Assembly: GCA_964016885.1 (NCBI GenBank)
Contig: OZ024751.1
Coordinates: forward strand, 27,900,001 to 27,964,000
Direction: 5' to 3'
DNA: 64,000 nt
DNA from: Eledone cirrhosa
Taxonomy: Eukaryota
The number at the start of each line of letters is the position of its first letter. Positions within the stretch are counted from its first letter, which is position 1. The notes beneath the pieces were generated by a model. That model was not told the DNA's origin. It saw only the letters and a program-made list of their open reading frames with translations, and did no database searches. Positions 12,982-25,660 of the stretch are shown piece after piece. Both the position numbers and the translations under genes were made by a program.

Positions 12982-13400
12982 CTCCTTCTTCTTCTTCCCC
13001 CACTTATTCCTGAGAGGGTGATTGGGTGCAGAGTCCACAAACGCTCCTTCCAGCATGTCCTGTCAGAAGCAACCATTTCCAATAGATCTAACTAGATCCC
13101 ATATTGAGACCAGCCAAGCTCATGTATGTTATTCAACCATCATGCTCAGAGTCTATCCCTGGGTCTCCTGCCAGTTGGTTTTGCCCTGATAAAAGTACCA
13201 GATTGGTGGCTGGCATAAATACAACCACCGAAACTACAGTATGGTGAGAAGTAACATAAAGAATTATCTAGTCTTGATAAGAAAATAGTCTTGACAGAAT
13301 TCTCTCTCAGAACTTCCAAGGCATTGGACTTGTTCTGTAAAGTATATCAGTTTTCACTGAGCTAGTGTGACAGACTGAGTATTCCTATTTCACTCTGATC
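12982..13400 (-). mobile_element. RTE-clade LINE 3' fragment
   Basis: cttcttcttcccccacttattcctgagaggg is the reverse complement of the 3' end with (GAA)n tail at 38330-38404. Confidence 0.6.
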
Positions 13401-14158
13401 CAAAGTCTTGAATCATCTATACTATTTGATTCTGCTTTGTACAAGTTTTAAACTTTCCAACATTGTTTCATCCCTTTCATTACTAAATCTCTAATGAGAG
13501 ACATTGATTATGATTTTCTAATCGTTTTGTAAATAATTGACTATTTCTCATTATCAAGTTGGTGTTTGGAACATATCTTAACAAAGGTTCTTACATATAT
13601 ATATTAAAATAACAGATTAAAGTTTAAGCAAAGAATTGCTGCTTTCACCCTTAACGGGATCTTCTGAAACTAAAAAAATCAATCTGTGAACGCAGAAGTA
13701 AATATTTCGAAAAACGTTACACACTATATATATATACACACACACTATATATACATATACACACACACACACACACAGCGTCATAATGTCGTAATGCAGA
13801 CAGCCAGACATACAGACAGATATTATGAGGGTGCAACGTTATATCTATGTATCTATCTAAAAAGAAAGACTAAGAATTATAGAGAGAGATCGCTAAATCG
13901 CCTAATGCGGTCCCTAGGGCATTGAAAATTTGAAATTTCTTTTGCTCAAAACACTCACAGGACCATAAGTATTACATGTGTAAAGTTTGAAAACAATCGG
14001 TTGGGTGGTTCTCGAGTTTTAGGGAGTCAGACAGACAGACATTCTCTGTTTTAGATATATAAATAAGCAGTTTTGTATTGTAAAACTAGGGGTGGTTTGG
14101 TATCAAAAGAGTTAATGATTTTGTATCATCAGTGTATTTTCTCTTTTTTCAAAAACAG

Positions 14159-14307
14159 AATTCATCAACGATTGAACCATGATCAGGCGTGTTCTCTGAA
14201 GGCGGACACGAAAATCCCTTTTAAAGACAAATCAGATGCTTGCCAACGTCTTATTTGTTTCCATGTATTCCAGGATTGGGGACCAAATCAAGAAAAACTG
14301 GATAAAG
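14159..14307 (+). CDS. BICRA: BICRA-like exon, start of GLTSCR1 domain
   Basis: IHQRLNHDQACSLKADTKIPFKDKSDACQRLICFHVFQ resembles the GLTSCR1 motif DxKxPF..xDAxxRLLPYHV. Acceptor aaacag, donor G|gtctgt. Confidence 0.9.
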
Positions 14308-14865
14308 GTCTGTTTCAGTTGCCTGGCCAGCTCTCATGTAACCCTTTCATTACTATATTTCTAATGAAGAATGCTATTTATGACTTTCAAATCATTTGGA
14401 AAATAATCAAGAATTGACAGGAATTTAGTAATATCAAATGCTTGGTAAACACAGATCTGTGCTGAGGTACAGCTGTACTCTCTCTGAATGCAGGAGTTGA
14501 TGTCTTATCAGGCAATGAAGTAACTCTGTAGGTGTTTTGTCTTCTTCTGTGTCGCCAGAGCTACTCAGGGCCACCTACCAATGTAGGCGATGAAACTCTT
14601 GCACAACAGCACAATCTTTGGTGAATCTGATGTTGTGACTCCATCCACCTCAATGTATCAGAACAGCTTGAAATTTGATGGCTCTGGTTTTATAAATGGA
14701 CGAGACGGCTCTATCCACCTCGATGTGTCAAGTACACCATTCATCTTCTCATAAATTGAGCTGTTGTTTGGAACATAACTTAACAAAGATGCTTACATAA
14801 ATTTCAAATGGAATGATTTTAGGTAGAGATATGCACTTTAATGTAAACAGTTTTATATTGTAGAA

Positions 14866-15200
14866 TGGAGGCACATGGCTTAGTGGTTAGAGCGTAGGCC
14901 TTGCAATCGAAAGGTTGTGAGTTCAATTCTCAGACCGGGTGATGTGTTGTTTCCTTGAGCAAGACACTTTATTTCACACTGCTCCAGTTTACTCAGCTGT
15001 AGAAATGAGATGATAGGGACCCCAGTCCCTATCATTCCACTGCAAAGTGGTCGTGGAGGTGCCACTGCAAAAAAGCACCCAGCACTCACTGTAAATGAGG
15101 TTGGTGTTAGGAAGGGCATCCAGCTGTAGAAATCAAGCCAGAATCAGTTCCCGTCCCACCCTTGCAAGCAGGGAAAAGCGGACGTAAAATGAAATGATGA
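14866..15200 (+). mobile_element. tRNA-derived SINE, family B
   Basis: A box tggcttagtggtt, B box gagttcaattc, core tccttgagcaagacacttt, tail aggaagggcatccagctgtagaaa. Related minus-strand copies at about 26480-26640 and 30255-30395. Confidence 0.75.
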
Positions 15201-15669
15201 ATGATGAAACACACTGAAACATATACTTACAGTGGATTTGAACTGATAGTTCATGAAATATTAATCATATATTTATCATCTACTAAGTTATATTGTCTCT
15301 ACAAATAATCTAACAATGAGGTTGTTATAGCCATGCTTGTTTGGGTTAGATGGGTTGTCACATTATGAGGCTAGACAGGTTAGGTGACCACGTCTTGCTC
15401 ATAGGATCTGTTTCTTGGCTTGGTTTTCTACAGCTGGATGCACTTCCTAACACCAACCACATTATAGCATGGACTAGTAGATTCTTTTTTTTATGGCACC
15501 ACAACTACAACTTTACAGGGTGGACTGGGTGCTCTTTGTCATGGCACCAGCATTAAACACCTTACAGGGTGGACTGGGTGCTCTTTGTCTTGGCACCACT
15601 GGATGCTTTTTGTTGAAGTTTTTTACTTGAATTTATGTTGATGTTTTTCCAAATTGCCATTCCATTTAG

Positions 15670-15764
15670 ATGATCAACTCTTTGAAAAGAATGCTGAAGA
15701 GATTTTAAAGAAGAAACAGTCAATGTTTGACAAATATAGAATTTTACTTCTTGAAGAAAGTATG
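15670..15764 (+). CDS. BICRA: BICRA-like exon, GLTSCR1 domain middle
   Basis: DDQLFEKNAEEILKKKQSMFDKYRILLLEESM matches the family pattern DEEFE...MLNKYRLLLLEES. Acceptor catttag, donor gtaagt; phase 1 in, 0 out. Confidence 0.92.
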
Positions 15765-16056
15765 GTAAGTGGTAATGGTTTCATATTTCTACATGTAATT
15801 GTCATCACTATTATCATTATCATCATCATCATCAATACCAGCAACACCATCATCATCCTTATCACCACCACCTTTATCATCGTTATTACCACCACTGCCA
15901 CCATCATCATCATCATCAACACCATCATGATCATCATCATCACCATCATCATCACTATCACCACTGTTTCTGTGTCTGTTTTTCATGGGTTACAAAGGTC
16001 TGATACCACATAACATCTCTTAAATTTTGTGTGTGTGTGTGTTTAATTGTACATTT

Positions 16057-16372
16057 GTATGTATGTATGTATGTGAAAGTATGTATGTATCTATCTATGT
16101 ATGTGAAAGTATTTATGTATGTGAAAATGTATGTATGTATGTATGTATCTATTTATGTATGTATGTGAAAGTATTTATGTATGTGAAAATGTATGTATGT
16201 ATGTATGTATCTATTTATGTATGTATGTGAAAGTATTTATGTATGTGAAAATGTATGTATATATGTATGTATCTATTTATGTATGTATGTGAAAGTATTT
16301 ATGTATGTGAAAATGTATGTATGTATGTATGTATCTATTTATGTATGTATGTGAAAATGTATGTATGTACGT
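16057..16372. repeat. Compound (TATG)n / gtgaaa repeat
   Basis: Visible higher-order periodic repeat. Confidence 0.8.
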
Positions 16373-16456
16373 AAGTAAATGTTCTATCTAGAACTCATTA
16401 AATGATACTCAATATTGGCTCCCAGCTAATGATTGCTTGATTTTGTGTCTTTGAAG

Positions 16457-16559
16457 CGAGATAAGCCATCAGCTGAGATGGTGATGATCCAGAGAATGCT
16501 TAACCATGATATGACTGCTGTTCTTGAAGAAGAGAGGAAACTGGCTGCATCACATCCAG
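16457..16559 (+). CDS. BICRA: BICRA-like exon, end of GLTSCR1 domain
   Basis: RDKPSAEMVMIQRMLNHDMTAVLEEERKLA contains the family signature PSAEMVMIxRM. Acceptor ctttgaag, donor G|gtaatc. Not in the ORF track. Confidence 0.92.
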
Positions 16560-16756
16560 GTAATCTTGCATAGTTCATCAACATCGATGTTCACCATGGG
16601 TTAGATCTGTTAGCATGTTATGAAGCCAGACCAGTTGGGTGATCCTGTCTTGCTCATACACTTTTTGGTCTGGTTTTCTATGGCTGGAGGCCCTTCCTAA
16701 TGCCAACCACTTTACAGGCTGAACTTCTTAGTTGGCTCGGTCATTGTGGAATGTGT

Positions 16757-17141
16757 CTAAGTGACCTATCTGGGTCACTGTGGTACATATCTAAGTGACC
16801 TATCTGGGTCACTGTGGTACATATCTAAGTGACCTAACTGGGTCATTGTGGTACATATCTAAGTGACCTAACTGGGTCACTGTGGTACATATCTAAGTGA
16901 CCTAACTGGGTCATTGTGGTACATATCTAAGTGACCTAACTGGGTCATTGTGGTACACATCTAAGTGACCTAACTGGGTCATTGTGGTACATATCTAAGT
17001 GACCTAACTGGGTCATTGTGGTACACATCTAAGTGACCTAACTGGGTCATTGTGGTACACATCTAAGTGACCTAACTGGGTCACTGTGGTACATACCTAA
17101 GTGACCCAACTGGGTAACTGTGGTACATATCCAAGTGACCT
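16757..17141. repeat. 34-bp minisatellite, about 11 copies
   Basis: Unit gtgacctaactgggtcattgtggtacatatctaa. Confidence 0.92.
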
Positions 17142-17360
17142 GGTCATCCACGTCGGGAGACATGTCTGGCCAAAATTGACCATGCTCCGATGGAACTATA
17201 AGTTTGGTTTGGGAATTTTACAGCTGGATGCCCTTCCTAACACCAACCACATTTACAGTTTTGAGAGTATTAAATTGTTGGTACAATATATTGAAATACA
17301 AGTTAGAATGATTTGAAAATTTTATTTCATTGTTTGAATTTGTTTTTCTTTATTCTTCAG

Positions 17361-19681
17361 ATGCTTTTGAACCAATGCCAGTAAAGCTGCTTAAACTAGA
17401 CAGAGAATCAGAGAATTCTGATTTCAAACAGGAATGTATTAAAGCTGAGCCTGTTGATGAATATATCCATTGTAAATCTAACTCTCAAAATAAAATGGGT
17501 CATGTTAATGTGCATAAAAAGGAGCTTGTAGATAGCAAAGATGACCGTTGTTCTGAAACAGGAAAGAAGTGGAAATGTTCTGAACCAGAACGAAGCCACT
17601 CTCCTCCACACAGTGTGAAGCTAGTCATCCGAAACGATGGTGTCAATTTTAGTAGCAGCCTCTCGCTTAAGGTGAAAAAAGAAAAGTCCCGGAAATCCCA
17701 AAAGACTGTGAAATCAGAACTATTGAATAGTGTTTCAATAAAGAAAGAACCGCCGGACATCAAACCACAGTTGCCAGAGGTTAAGCCGGCTCCTTTCAGT
17801 CAAGAGAATTATGCTGAGTGGAAAACATCGTCATCGAACAATTTGTCGACGGCGGTCAAGAAAGAATCTTCGTCCTACCATAGTTGTGCTGCTGCTGCCG
17901 TTGCTGCTGTCGCTCAAACAACTGCAGCAGCCAACACAACTCCCACAACGACAACTCCTCCTCTAACTATGTTACCACCACCACCACCACCACCACCACC
18001 ACCTTCAACAGTAGAATCACTCACCTCATCTACAACTTTGTCGTCCACGTCAAGAGTGGTATCGACCCCAATGGGCCTGGAGGTCAGCTGTCCGTCTGTC
18101 ACACCGGCAGCAGCACCTTTAACCGGTTCCCATTCTTCTTCTTCTTCCTCTTCTGTAGCTGCAAGGCCTCCTCCTCCTCCTCCTCATCCCTTGCCAGCTA
18201 CAGCCTCTTCCTCCTCCACAACTGTCTTTTCTAAAAACTGTGAAACTTCTAACAATGACATTTTCATGGACGAAGAAGATTTCTTAGAAGGTCAGTTGGC
18301 AAGTCAAGATAGGAAACTCATACCCCAACGAACGCGAATTATGTCTGATTCCGAACTTCTTGAAGAGCCCACTCCTGACGATATGCTCTCCTCTTTCCAT
18401 GGGCTTGATTTCACTGTGGATTTTATCCTCCCTGAAAATCACTCTGGAAGTATTAAACAGGAGCTAAATCCATCAGAATCAGTGGTGTCTCAATTTTCTT
18501 TAAGTAATTCCAATCCACATTCTTTCTCTTTAGGGAACAGCCACTTCAGTCCTAAAAACTTTGAACCTGATACATCAGCTACGTATTCTCTTGAAGACTT
18601 TGTCACTGATGACTTACTCAGCAATTGCCATTTCTCTCTGCAGCCTTCTGCAGATCTTGGAACTGAAGACATCTCCCTGCCTGCTGCTACTACTTCCGAA
18701 CTGCAGAATGCAGTTGACAGTATTGTAAACTTTGAAGGAGCTGACAGCATAGCTGTCTCCGAATGTAGTCTCGACTCGCTGGCACATAGAACTAATTTGG
18801 TTTTGAACACCGAAGATGCTGTCCAGTCGATTTTATCGGGAGCAGCTTCGATACACACTTCTGAATCGGCAGCAGCTACTGTTGCTATAACCAGCACAAC
18901 TACTGCCAATAATAATAATAATAATAACAACAATAATAATATTAATAATAATAATAATAGTAGTAGTAGTAGTAGCAGCAGCAACATCATTGATAACAGT
19001 CCCACAAATAATAATAACAACAACACTAACAACACCACCACACCTATCACAACAACTACCACTGACAGTACTGACACTAGCAGCACAACACTTACAACCG
19101 ACACTATCACAGCCAACAATAACAACAACAATAACAACAATGACAATACTGATGCTAACAGTAACAGTAATAATAGTAATAATAACAATAACAACAATAA
19201 TAATAATAATAATACACAAGCAACTGTCATCTGTGCAACGTCTGTTGATTGCATCAGTGACGTTCCAGATGCGTATACCGATCCAAAACTGAAGCAGCAG
19301 ACCGAGAATGCAGTGAACAGCATTCTCAGTCTGTCTCAAGAACCAACTATGCACTCTAGTGGTAGCATTGGTGATTTCTCTATAGACGGTGGTCCGCTCG
19401 ACGACTACGGTAGCGTTAACTCACACCTCTCCTGCAATGTAGGAGGCGGTGGAGTCAGTTTAGCCAGCTCTCTGGATGGCACCGGTGCCACTGGTGTCAC
19501 TAGTGCACAGGCTGCGTCAGACATCGGTACGATAGTTGCTGCAACTGCTGGAGTGCCACAAGACTTCTACTCTTCGGTTCCGGATCGGTCACTCGATGAC
19601 AGCTGTTTGGTGAATACCGCCGACGCTCAAATGCAAATTGAGGATGACTTAGACGCTGCTGTACAAAGTATTCTGATGTAA
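17361..19681 (+). CDS. BICRA: BICRA-like terminal coding exon
   Basis: Acceptor tattcttcag, phase 1, in frame with ORF 17330..19681. Ends DLDAAVQSILM-stop, similar to the BICRA/BICRAL C-terminal A(V/I)xSIL motif. Confidence 0.88.
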
Positions 19682-20271
19682 AATTAATTAATTAGTTAAC
19701 TAATTAATTATTAAATAATGATAGTGATAATAGCAAAAAAAAAATGATAATAAATAAACAACTACTACTAAAACAATAATAATAAACAAACAAAAACAAA
19801 CACCAATTATAATGATACTGGATCAAGAATGGTAGAAATTTGACAAAAATAAAATAAAAAACAAAAACAAAACAAAACAAAATATAAAATAACAATAAAT
19901 AAATAAAATAATATAAAAATGCCGAGAGGAAAAAAAAAATGACTGATGTTTTTCTCTTACTGGAAGCAACAGTATTTGGAAAATGTTTAATGTTAACGAT
20001 ATTCGTATGTACGGAGGAAGAAGAAGAATATGAAAAAAAAAAATGAAAAAAAAATTGAAGTGTATACATATATTTTTTATTTGAAGCCACTGGGCATTTA
20101 TGCTGGACAGAACTAGATTCTTTGTTGAGGACTTTAAAAAAAAAAAATCCACATCTGGATTACACACACAACATAAAATATACTTGTTAAAAAATACTTG
20201 TTTTTCCCTACTCAGTTCCTTTCCTCTCTCGCTCTCTATCTCTCCTCTTAATATATTTTGCCTCCTCCTTT

Positions 20272-20302
<31 letters not shown>

Positions 20303-22044
20303 CTCTATTTACATCTTATTTCTTTCTTTCTCTCGCTCTCTCTCTCTCTCTTCTGCCCCTGATTCTCATCGTTTATCCACCTTGATGTTATGACGACTGT
20401 AATGTGATCATTGTAAACTCTTATAACATATCATTTCCAATAAATGACCATTATTATTATTATTATTATTATTGAAAAAACAAACAAAACAAAGAAACAA
20501 ACATACATATATACATATATACATATATACATATATACATATATACATACAAAGCAAAGACAAGGAATTCATGATACATTTTTCTCCTCACTCTGTTCTT
20601 CCCCTTTCTCAATCCACTGCTCTTCTCTTCCTTCCTTTCTAATCTTTCAAAATTTTCCTTCACCCTCCACCCATCCCAATCTCCAGCCACCACCACCACC
20701 ACCACCTATATCCTTCCCCACCACTTCACCCACCCTCCATAAATTTGTAAATACATAAATGTTTTAACATACACTCTTTGCCAGTGTGTATATATATATA
20801 TACATGTATAATTTATATACATATATGTATATGTACATGTATATGTATACATATATGTATATATATATATGTATACATATATATATGCATATATGTATAC
20901 ATAAATATATACATATATGTATATATATGTGTATATATATGTGTATATATATGTGTATATATATGTATATATATATGTATATATATATATGTATATATAT
21001 ATATGTATACATATATGTATATATATATATATGTCTAAATATATGTATATATATATATACATATATACATATATATACATATATATATATATATCTATAT
21101 ACACATATACACATATATGTATACATATATATGTATATATATTTATATATATATATATATATATAAAACATATGTATATAGCATTATTATATATTATTAT
21201 TATTAATAATATTATCATCATTAAAAAAGAAGAAACATTTTTGTGGCTCTCCTCTTAAAATAAAATTATAAATTAAATGAAAAACACAAGAAAAATGGCC
21301 AATAGCTCTTATCCTTTCTTCATGCAGCAGTGTGCAGCATTAAAAGAAAGTAAAAAAATGGTTATATATAATATATATATATTAACATATAATTCTAAAT
21401 CATTAAAAGAAGAAACTCCTACCAAAAACCAAACCAAACGCCTTTTGGCAGTTTTTTTGTTTGCTCAACCATTCATCATTCTCTCACTAATATTCTGCTA
21501 ATGTTTATTATATTGGCGCCAACTTTGAGTTTTTGTTTCATTTGACAACAACGACGACAACAATAACAACAACAGCAACAACAACAAACAACAACAAACA
21601 AACAACAACCTAGTTTTTTTATAACCTTTTCATTTTTGTTTGTTTTATTTCCCTCCCACACCTCCCATTTCACCCTCATCATCTTTCTCTCTTGGTGTAT
21701 TGTTGACTTGATGTGTTTTTATTTATTTATTTTAATATTTTATTTTTAATTATTATCATTATTGTTGTTATCATTATTATTATTATTTTTTTAATTTTTA
21801 ATTTTTATTTTTTTAAATTTTATTTTTTGTTATTAGTATCTCTTGTGTGTTGTAAGAGGAAACTGAAAAGGGTTGGTGCCAGAAAGAGCATCCACTTGTA
21901 AATAAAACATTGCCTCAAAAAAAGACCCCATGCTGAACGTGAAGCCTATCAAGGGGTTCCTGCAAGCCTAACCCCTGATTTACCAGGGTGGGGATGGGGA
22001 AATGCCCCTAAAACACCTGTATTATTATTATTATTATTATTATT

Positions 22045-22746
22045 AGGATTGGCAGTATCGGTAGAGGGTCGGACGCCATGCTTTGCAGCAAAGAGTTACG
22101 GCCCTTTATGGTCTGAGTTCAAATCCCGCCGAGGTTAACTTGGCCTTTCATCCTTACGGGGTCGATAAAATAAAGTACCAGTAATGCACTGGGTAATTGC
22201 TGGCCTTGTGTCAAAAGTAGAAACAATTATTATTATTATTATTATTTCTAACGGCACAAGGCCAGAAATTCATCCTGCTGGCGACTGAGGTTAGGATAGG
22301 ATTGATTAAATCAAACCCAGTACATGGCTGGTACTTTATTTTATTGACCTTGGACTTCAACAAAAGATTCTTTGCTTTTCATCTTTCTGTGGTCAATAAA
22401 ATTAAGGGCCGGTTCTACACAGAAGTGAATTTAATCAATTTTCACATCTTCCTCTCAAAATTGCTGGCCTTGTGTCTAAATTAGAAACCATTATTATTAT
22501 TATTATTTTTATTATTATTATTGGAGTGGTGGATTAACAGAATCGGTGGAGCATCAAACAAAATGCCTTGTCATATATAGTTACGTCCCTTTACAACCCT
22601 CTGTTCATAGTCCCGTCGGAGTCGACATTGCCTTTCATCCTTCCAGAGTCGATAAAAAGAAACATACCAGTGATATACTGGGATCGATTTCATCAACTGT
22701 TCCCTCCCACAAAAGTTGTAGCCTTGTGCCTCTGTTAGAAATCATC

Positions 22747-22780
<34 letters not shown>

Positions 22781-23225
22781 TCAATATTATTATTGTGGGT
22801 TGGCAATTGGCAAAATTGGTAGTGTGTCGGAGAAATTGCTTAGCAGTATGTGTTCTGGGTCTCTCTACTTCTGGAGTTCAAATCCTGCCGAGGTCAACTT
22901 TGCCTTTCATCCTTCCAGGCTCGATAAAATAAAGTACCAGTTAAATACTGGGGCCGATAATTGACTTTCCTCCTCCCCACCTCAAAATTGCTGGCCTTGT
23001 GGCTCAATAAGAAAGCATTATTCAAGGTCTTTGTGCCTGGGTAGAACAAAGAAACAAAACAAACCCTGTTATTATTATTTATATTTCGCAGTTAACTTCG
23101 TCTTTCATCTTTCTGGGGGTCAATAAAATAAAGGTACCAGTAAAACACTGGAGTTAATTTCATTGACTTTCCCCTCCCACTCAAATTTCTGGCCTTATGC
23201 CTAAATTAGATACATCTATTATTTA
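22045..23225 (+). mobile_element. Cluster of about five SINE family A copies
   Basis: Repeated core and tail separated by (ATT)n; a short inverted fragment at about 22250-22345. Confidence 0.8.
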
Positions 23226-23339
23226 TATTTTTCCTTATGCTGTATTTTTTTTAAAAAAGAAACTTTATTGTATATTTAAGAATTTTTATATTTAATTTGC
23301 TGTCAAGTTCCTTCCTCTTAGGCCTCACCATTCTCAAGT

Positions 23340-23920
23340 TACCATACCGTACCATACCATATCATGCCACTCTACACTATACTACACTGCACCATACAAC
23401 ACCATATCATACCATACTATACCATACCATAGCATGCCTCACCATACAATACCACATTATACTATATCATACCCATACCATAGCACACTATGACACACCA
23501 AACTACAACATACCATACCATGCCATCACAATAGAACACAGGATCTATATCAAACCATACCATACTATACCTTCATGATAGAACACAGTATCTATATCAC
23601 ACCACACCATATCATGTTATAACATACTGTACCATACCAAACCACACCACATTATACCATACCATCATGATAGAACACAGTATCTATATTACACCACACC
23701 ATACCATACCATGCCATCACAATAGAACACAGTATCTATATTACACCACACCACACCATACCATACCATACCATCACAATAGAACACAGTATCTATATCA
23801 CACCATACCATGCCATGCCATCACAATAGAACACAGTATCTATATTGCACCACACCATACCATGTCATACCATACCAAGCCATGCCATGCTATCACAATA
23901 GAACACAGTATCTATATCAT
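23340..23920. repeat. Degenerate (CATAC)n with a recurring atcacaatagaacacagtatctatat module
   Basis: Direct inspection. Confidence 0.8.
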
Positions 23921-24100
23921 ATTTGGAAACTTCCACTTCCACATCACCTCCACCTCTTCCTCTTCATAAAAAAAAATTATTTTATCGCTTATTAAAATAT
24001 TTTTTTCTCTCCTCAGAATAAGTTTCTATTTTTTCCTGCTGTCCAACGCCCCTTTCTCTCTCTCTGTGCATATATATATAATATATAATATATATATATA

Positions 24101-24148
<48 letters not shown>

Positions 24149-24444
24149 CCTCTCTCATTCTACAGTTATTTTCTTACTGTTTGGTGTGTATTTAAATATG
24201 ATAATAAAGAATGTCTAACAGACATTATATTCACACATACATATATACATACATGTATGTATGTGTGTGCGTGTATATATATACATACATAATACATATA
24301 TACACATGCACGCATGCATATTATATATCATATTATGTATAAATTATATATTATGCGTGTGTGAATGTATATATATATATATATATATAATTTCAAGCAG
24401 TGCAATTGGGTATAGCTTTGCACTAAATTGAAAATAATAATATT

Positions 24445-24480
<36 letters not shown>

Positions 24481-25449
24481 CATCATGCTTGCTCTCATAT
24501 TCAAATCTCTTTTCTTTCCTTTCTTTTTTTCCAATTTAAAAAGAATTATATTTTTAATTTAATTTAATTTCCTCCCGTCCCAGTATTGCAATTTGAGTTT
24601 AGGTCTTACTAAGCTAGGCTTTGTGTTTCACTTGATCACTATCATTGAAATATTTACCAGTAATATATTGGGATCACCTCATTTGCATTCGGAACTTGTG
24701 GTTAGGTAGTATAGAAGCTCTGATAAGGGGAAATTACTGTCGTCGCCAGGAAAGACCCACGAAATGAGGTATCTTTGAAGGCTTACAAATAATTACCATG
24801 TATTTAAGTATATGTAGATATATATGTTATGTGTGTATATGTATATATGTGTATGTATATATGTGTATGTGTGTGTGTATTCAATAAACAAGTGGATGCT
24901 GGATTCCAATAACTTCCTCATTGTTGCACAATACCTATTTCTGTCGTAAGTTACGTCATTAGACCATGACGCAATGCAATTGTCGACTGCATCAGCTGGC
25001 ATGAACATAATATAGTTAAGGAATCCTTACCAACTGACAGCAAATATATATATTGTGTGTGTGAGTGTATACACATTTTCTCTGAATTACAAAATTCTGT
25101 TATGGGCAGGTTCTTTAACTCTTTTAACATCAAACAGCCTCAATTTCTATGATACAAAATTATTCATTTTATATAGTGATTATATTTATCCAAAATCATT
25201 TCCTCATAATTTCTGGAAGAGTCTTTGTTAATTTATGTTTCAGAGGGTCACGTCAGATGGAACCGTCTCTAATTGATCCGGCTGGAGCCTCAAGCGAGAC
25301 CAGCTCATTGATGTTATCTAACAATCTTGCTCAGGGTCTACTCCTGGATCTCCGACCAGTTGGTATTACCTGTAAACTAAATACCGCAATACATATTTTG
25401 TTTGTCTGACACCACTCAGCTTTTGTATTCTGTTTAGTAATGGTGACAG

Positions 25450-25660
25450 TGAATTGGCAGAATTGTTAGAACATTAGATGAAATGCTTTGTCATATTTGT
25501 TCCAGCTCTCTGTTGTCTCAGACTTCAAATTCTGCCGAGGTTAACTTTGCCTTTCATCCTTACAGGATCCATAAAACACCTGTAATGCATTGGGATCAAT
25601 TTAATAGACTTTTCCCTGTCCCAAATTGTTGGCCTTGTGGTTTAATTAGAAACAATTATT
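25450..25660 (+). mobile_element. SINE family A copy
   Basis: ttcaaattctgccgaggttaactttgcctttcatcc...ggccttgtg...tagaaacaattatt. Confidence 0.75.

Noticed and set aside
14866-14940. tRNA gene
   Set aside because: A and B boxes are present but continue into a SINE body; no complete cloverleaf.
16757-17141. CRISPR-like 34-bp partly palindromic repeats
   Set aside because: The units are contiguous without unique spacers, lie in a eukaryotic intron, and no cas genes are present.
18490-19354. Long antisense ORFs over the last BICRA exon
   Set aside because: Shadow frames of low-complexity coding sequence.
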